In this document: in pieces, positions 44,018-46,722 of the stretch | How positions within the stretch are numbered: the first letter of the stretch is position 1 | Layout of the letters: every line of letters starts with the position of its first letter | Assembly: GCA_964421955.1 (NCBI GenBank) | Contig: CAYQYU010000008.1 | Span: 1 to 46,722, forward strand | Length of the DNA: 46,722 nucleotides | Direction of reading: 5' to 3' | From: an uncultured archaeon | Lineage (GTDB): Archaea; Nanohalarchaeota; Nanosalinia; Nanosalinales; Nanosalinaceae | Made by a program: the position numbers and the translations under genes | Notes under the pieces: model-generated | What the model saw: the letters and a program-made list of their open reading frames with translations, nothing else | What the model was told of the DNA's origin: nothing | Databases searched by the model: none

Positions 44018-45274
44018 ATGAGCGGCGCCGATAAAGTCAAGGAGATGAGAGAAAAATCCAAGGAGCGCAGAATAGAGGCCGCGGAAGAATTTGCGGACAA
44101 ACTGGTCGATAAACTCGGCGACAAGGTCAAATGCGTCGCCGTATGGGGCTCCGTTCCACAGGCAGAGCACGGATACGACTCCGATATCGACACGCTCGTT
44201 ATTCTGGACGATACTAAACTACAGCAGGACGTTCCCAAGGATGCTCGCGACAAGATAAGAAGGAAGGTTACGGACCTCGCGAAAGAAACAGATGACAGGA
44301 TCACGATCCAGTACTTCCCGTTCCTGACTGAATTCTGGGACTCGCTGAGAAAGGGCGAGCCGCTCGCGATCGAGGCCGTGAGAAACGGCGAACCAGTCTA
44401 CGACGTGGGAATCTTCATGCCTGCAAAGCGTCTGCTCGAGCGGGGCAAGATTTCTGCGACTCGAGAAAGCGTCAAGAAAAGACTCAAACTAGCCGCCGCG
44501 GGCTACAAGAAGGCAGAGAAGAACTTCAAATCCTCGATCCCTCACAAGCTCGAGCAGGTTATGGCTAACGCAGGACAGGCACCTATAATGCTTGTAGGAA
44601 AACAGCCGCCCGCAAAGGAAAAGGTGCCTGAGACGCTTGAGGAAATGTTTGTAGAAAAAGAGATGCTAGAGCCGGAATACATCGAGATCGCGCAGGAGCT
44701 CTACGATTTCGGCGACCAGGGTGAGAAGAACCCTGAGGAGACCACAGGACAGCAGATCGAGGAACACCTCGAGAAGGCGGACGATTTTGTCCGCAGAATG
44801 CACAAGCTTGTCTCCCAGCTCGGTGCAAGAAAGAAGGTCAAAGACATAATTGACGACTACAAGAGGTTCCTCAAGGCGAACGTCGCCGCTTTAAAATCGA
44901 AGGGTGTTGAACCTCCGGAGGACAAGGAGGACCTACCCGAGGTAGTTGAAGAGAATCTGGATGTTGGCGAATCCCACATCGAAATGTTCGAACGCTGGGA
45001 GGATGTGATCGAGAAGGTGAAGAGCAAGGAGTTACAGGATGTCAACGAGAAGGAGCTTTACGAGCTCAAGAACGATACCAGGGACTTCGTCTCGAGAGTT
45101 GGTAAGGACCTCCAGGAGATGAAAGAGCAGGAGGCCGAAAGTATGGCACCTGATATGGACACCTCATCGATCGCAAAGGCCGCCGACACGGATGAAATGA
45201 TCCCCAACCTCGAAGAGAAGGCCGAAAAGGAAGTAGAGGCCGAAGAAGAGACCGAGGAAGAGGACAAAGATTAG
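44018..45274 (+). CDS. Nucleotidyltransferase fused to a HEPN-like helical domain, with acidic tail
   Basis: VWGS...SDIDTLVILDD, FWDSLRKGEP, helical C-terminal half; start refined to ATG 44018. Confidence 0.88.
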   Translation: MSGADKVKEMREKSKERRIEAAEEFADKLVDKLGDKVKCVAVWGSVPQAEHGYDSDIDTLVILDDTKLQQDVPKDARDKIRRKVTDLAKETDDRITIQYFPFLTEFWDSLRKGEPLAIEAVRNGEPVYDVGIFMPAKRLLERGKISATRESVKKRLKLAAAGYKKAEKNFKSSIPHKLEQVMANAGQAPIMLVGKQPPAKEKVPETLEEMFVEKEMLEPEYIEIAQELYDFGDQGEKNPEETTGQQIEEHLEKADDFVRRMHKLVSQLGARKKVKDIIDDYKRFLKANVAALKSKGVEPPEDKEDLPEVVEENLDVGESHIEMFERWEDVIEKVKSKELQDVNEKELYELKNDTRDFVSRVGKDLQEMKEQEAESMAPDMDTSSIAKAADTDEMIPNLEEKAEKEVEAEEETEEEDKD

Positions 45275-45276
45275 CT

Positions 45277-46113
45277 TTAAGATTTACTGCTATAGGAGCT
45301 CCTTTCCAGCCATTCACTAACTTTTCGGAATGACTCGTAGTGATCAAAAACCATATCTCTGACCTGCTCTCCTCTCTCCGTCATTTCGTAGTCTCCCTTC
45401 CCATTCTCTATCAGACCAGCCGATTTCATCGAATAGTCGCCGGATGAAATCCAGTTGCCAATATTGGAGGGAGTTACATCAAGAATATCGCCCAAGCTCT
45501 CATATGAGACACAATCACTGTTCATTGTATCCATAAGTAGGAAGGTTCTCAACGGTTTACTATGGTTATCTCTACTCGCTTCTTTATCCTGTAGCGTCAA
45601 GACTTTGAAGTATTCTCCGACTTCTTCGTAAGATACTTCGCCGGCGAAAGGATTCTCTTCAGGTTCGCCTATCGATTCCACAACCCCTTCATCTCTGAGA
45701 TGATTCTCTACCGATTCACTTACTTCCTCGCCACCTCCTACCTCCTTAGCAGCTCTTTCAGGAAGATTTCCGTATATCTCTTTCTCAAGCAGAGAAAAGT
45801 AGTCATATCTGTCCTCTGCAAAGCTATCTATACCTTCAAAAAGCGCCTCGGTATAAGGTGTATCACGGTTGAAAGGATCCACAAGTCGTACATCTTTCCA
45901 CTCATCCGCCCAAGCCTCAATAGTGGGTGCCCGTGTACCTTCACTCATCTCTAGTTCTTCAATTATCGTTTCTGGATCAGCTCCACCTAGCCAAAGCTGA
46001 AGAGCTTTAAGTTTGCTGTATCCTCCATTTGCGTTTCTAACGCTTCTGTAGATATCGGAAACGGTATTGATATGCCCATCCTCCAAAATATTTTCAGCAT
46101 CCAAGCCAACCAT
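45277..46113 (-). CDS. Hypothetical protein with probable winged-HTH domain(s)
   Basis: SYESLGDILDVTPSNIGNW...AGLIE...YEMTERG. Confidence 0.65.
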   Translation of the reverse strand: MVGLDAENILEDGHINTVSDIYRSVRNANGGYSKLKALQLWLGGADPETIIEELEMSEGTRAPTIEAWADEWKDVRLVDPFNRDTPYTEALFEGIDSFAEDRYDYFSLLEKEIYGNLPERAAKEVGGGEEVSESVENHLRDEGVVESIGEPEENPFAGEVSYEEVGEYFKVLTLQDKEASRDNHSKPLRTFLLMDTMNSDCVSYESLGDILDVTPSNIGNWISSGDYSMKSAGLIENGKGDYEMTERGEQVRDMVFDHYESFRKVSEWLERSSYSSKS

Positions 46114-46173
46114 GAGTTCTTACTCGGTAGTAACATTTTTATATCAACCCGGATAGGATAGTCAGCTTGCTAT

Positions 46174-46611
46174 TTACCCGGGAAAAAGATATTCGTGGAT
46201 GTGTGAGTGCTCCAGCTTCCAGACTGTATCCTCTAATCTGTTCTCCGGAATGAACTCCGGATGGCCTTCCCATGAACCACTTTTCTCGCCGCCAGTTACA
46301 TTTGCCTCGAAGAAGAACTCGATGTTACCATATCTTTCCCCTACACGGACATCGAGAAGGTCTCCAATCTCTGCCTCAAAGCCTGTCTCTTCTTTCAGTT
46401 CCCGTTTCGCAGTCTCTCTCAGATCTTCTCCCTGATCGACAAGTCCGCCGGGAAGCTCATAGTTCTCGCCGTTGTGTAGCGCGAGTATATCATCGTTCTG
46501 CCCGTGCGCGAGGACCGCTACAGAAACAGGTGGCCAGAAAACTTTTCCAACTACTTTCGCAGCAAATCCTTCAACGTATTTCTTCAGGAACTTTCTCAGG
46601 ATTCTTCCCAT
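46174..46611 (-). CDS. Nudix hydrolase
   Basis: LPGG...GEDLRETAKRELKEETG; start refined to ATG 46611 below TTTAAA. Confidence 0.9.
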   Translation of the reverse strand: MGRILRKFLKKYVEGFAAKVVGKVFWPPVSVAVLAHGQNDDILALHNGENYELPGGLVDQGEDLRETAKRELKEETGFEAEIGDLLDVRVGERYGNIEFFFEANVTGGEKSGSWEGHPEFIPENRLEDTVWKLEHSHIHEYLFPG

Positions 46612-46722
46612 GTATAAAGTTCTTGATCCCCAGTTTAAATCTATCTCTCGTCCTGCATTTCCTTGACCTTCTTTATCTGAGAGCAACTTCGGGTTTCGTT
46701 AACACGCCTTTTAAACGGAACC

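Overview
Gene-dense (~46.7 kb) archaeal chromosomal segment with a very acidic predicted proteome, many leaderless genes behind TATA boxes and DPANN-style gene variants; most consistent with a nanohaloarchaeon (inference from sequence features). It is mostly housekeeping: gatCAB, ftsZ, ABCE1, AlaX, rps17e, metG, valS, aRF1, dcd, tatD, nurA, a PAN-like AAA ATPase, Nudix/HAM1/HAD/MBL hydrolases, plus lineage-specific orphans and several microproteins missed by the ORF track. No CRISPR array, transposase, integrase, rRNA or complete tRNA was seen. The main signals are: (1) ftsZ is bracketed by two unexplained structured non-coding elements, upstream three hairpins with different stems but an identical UUGGGC loop, downstream two hairpins with poly-C loops; (2) an ABCE1 with no cysteine at all, so without its canonical Fe-S ligands; (3) an uncharacterised locus at 38.5-45.3 kb (disordered protein, coiled-coil/HTH protein, 830-aa endonuclease-IV-fold protein with a ~425-aa insert, nucleotidyltransferase-HEPN-like fusion); (4) metG and one orphan lack a canonical in-frame start; (5) a 111-bp hairpin-rich tandem repeat carrying a tRNA 3'-end mimic; (6) a structured ~200-nt valS leader. 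All family calls come from motif recognition by eye, without database searches.
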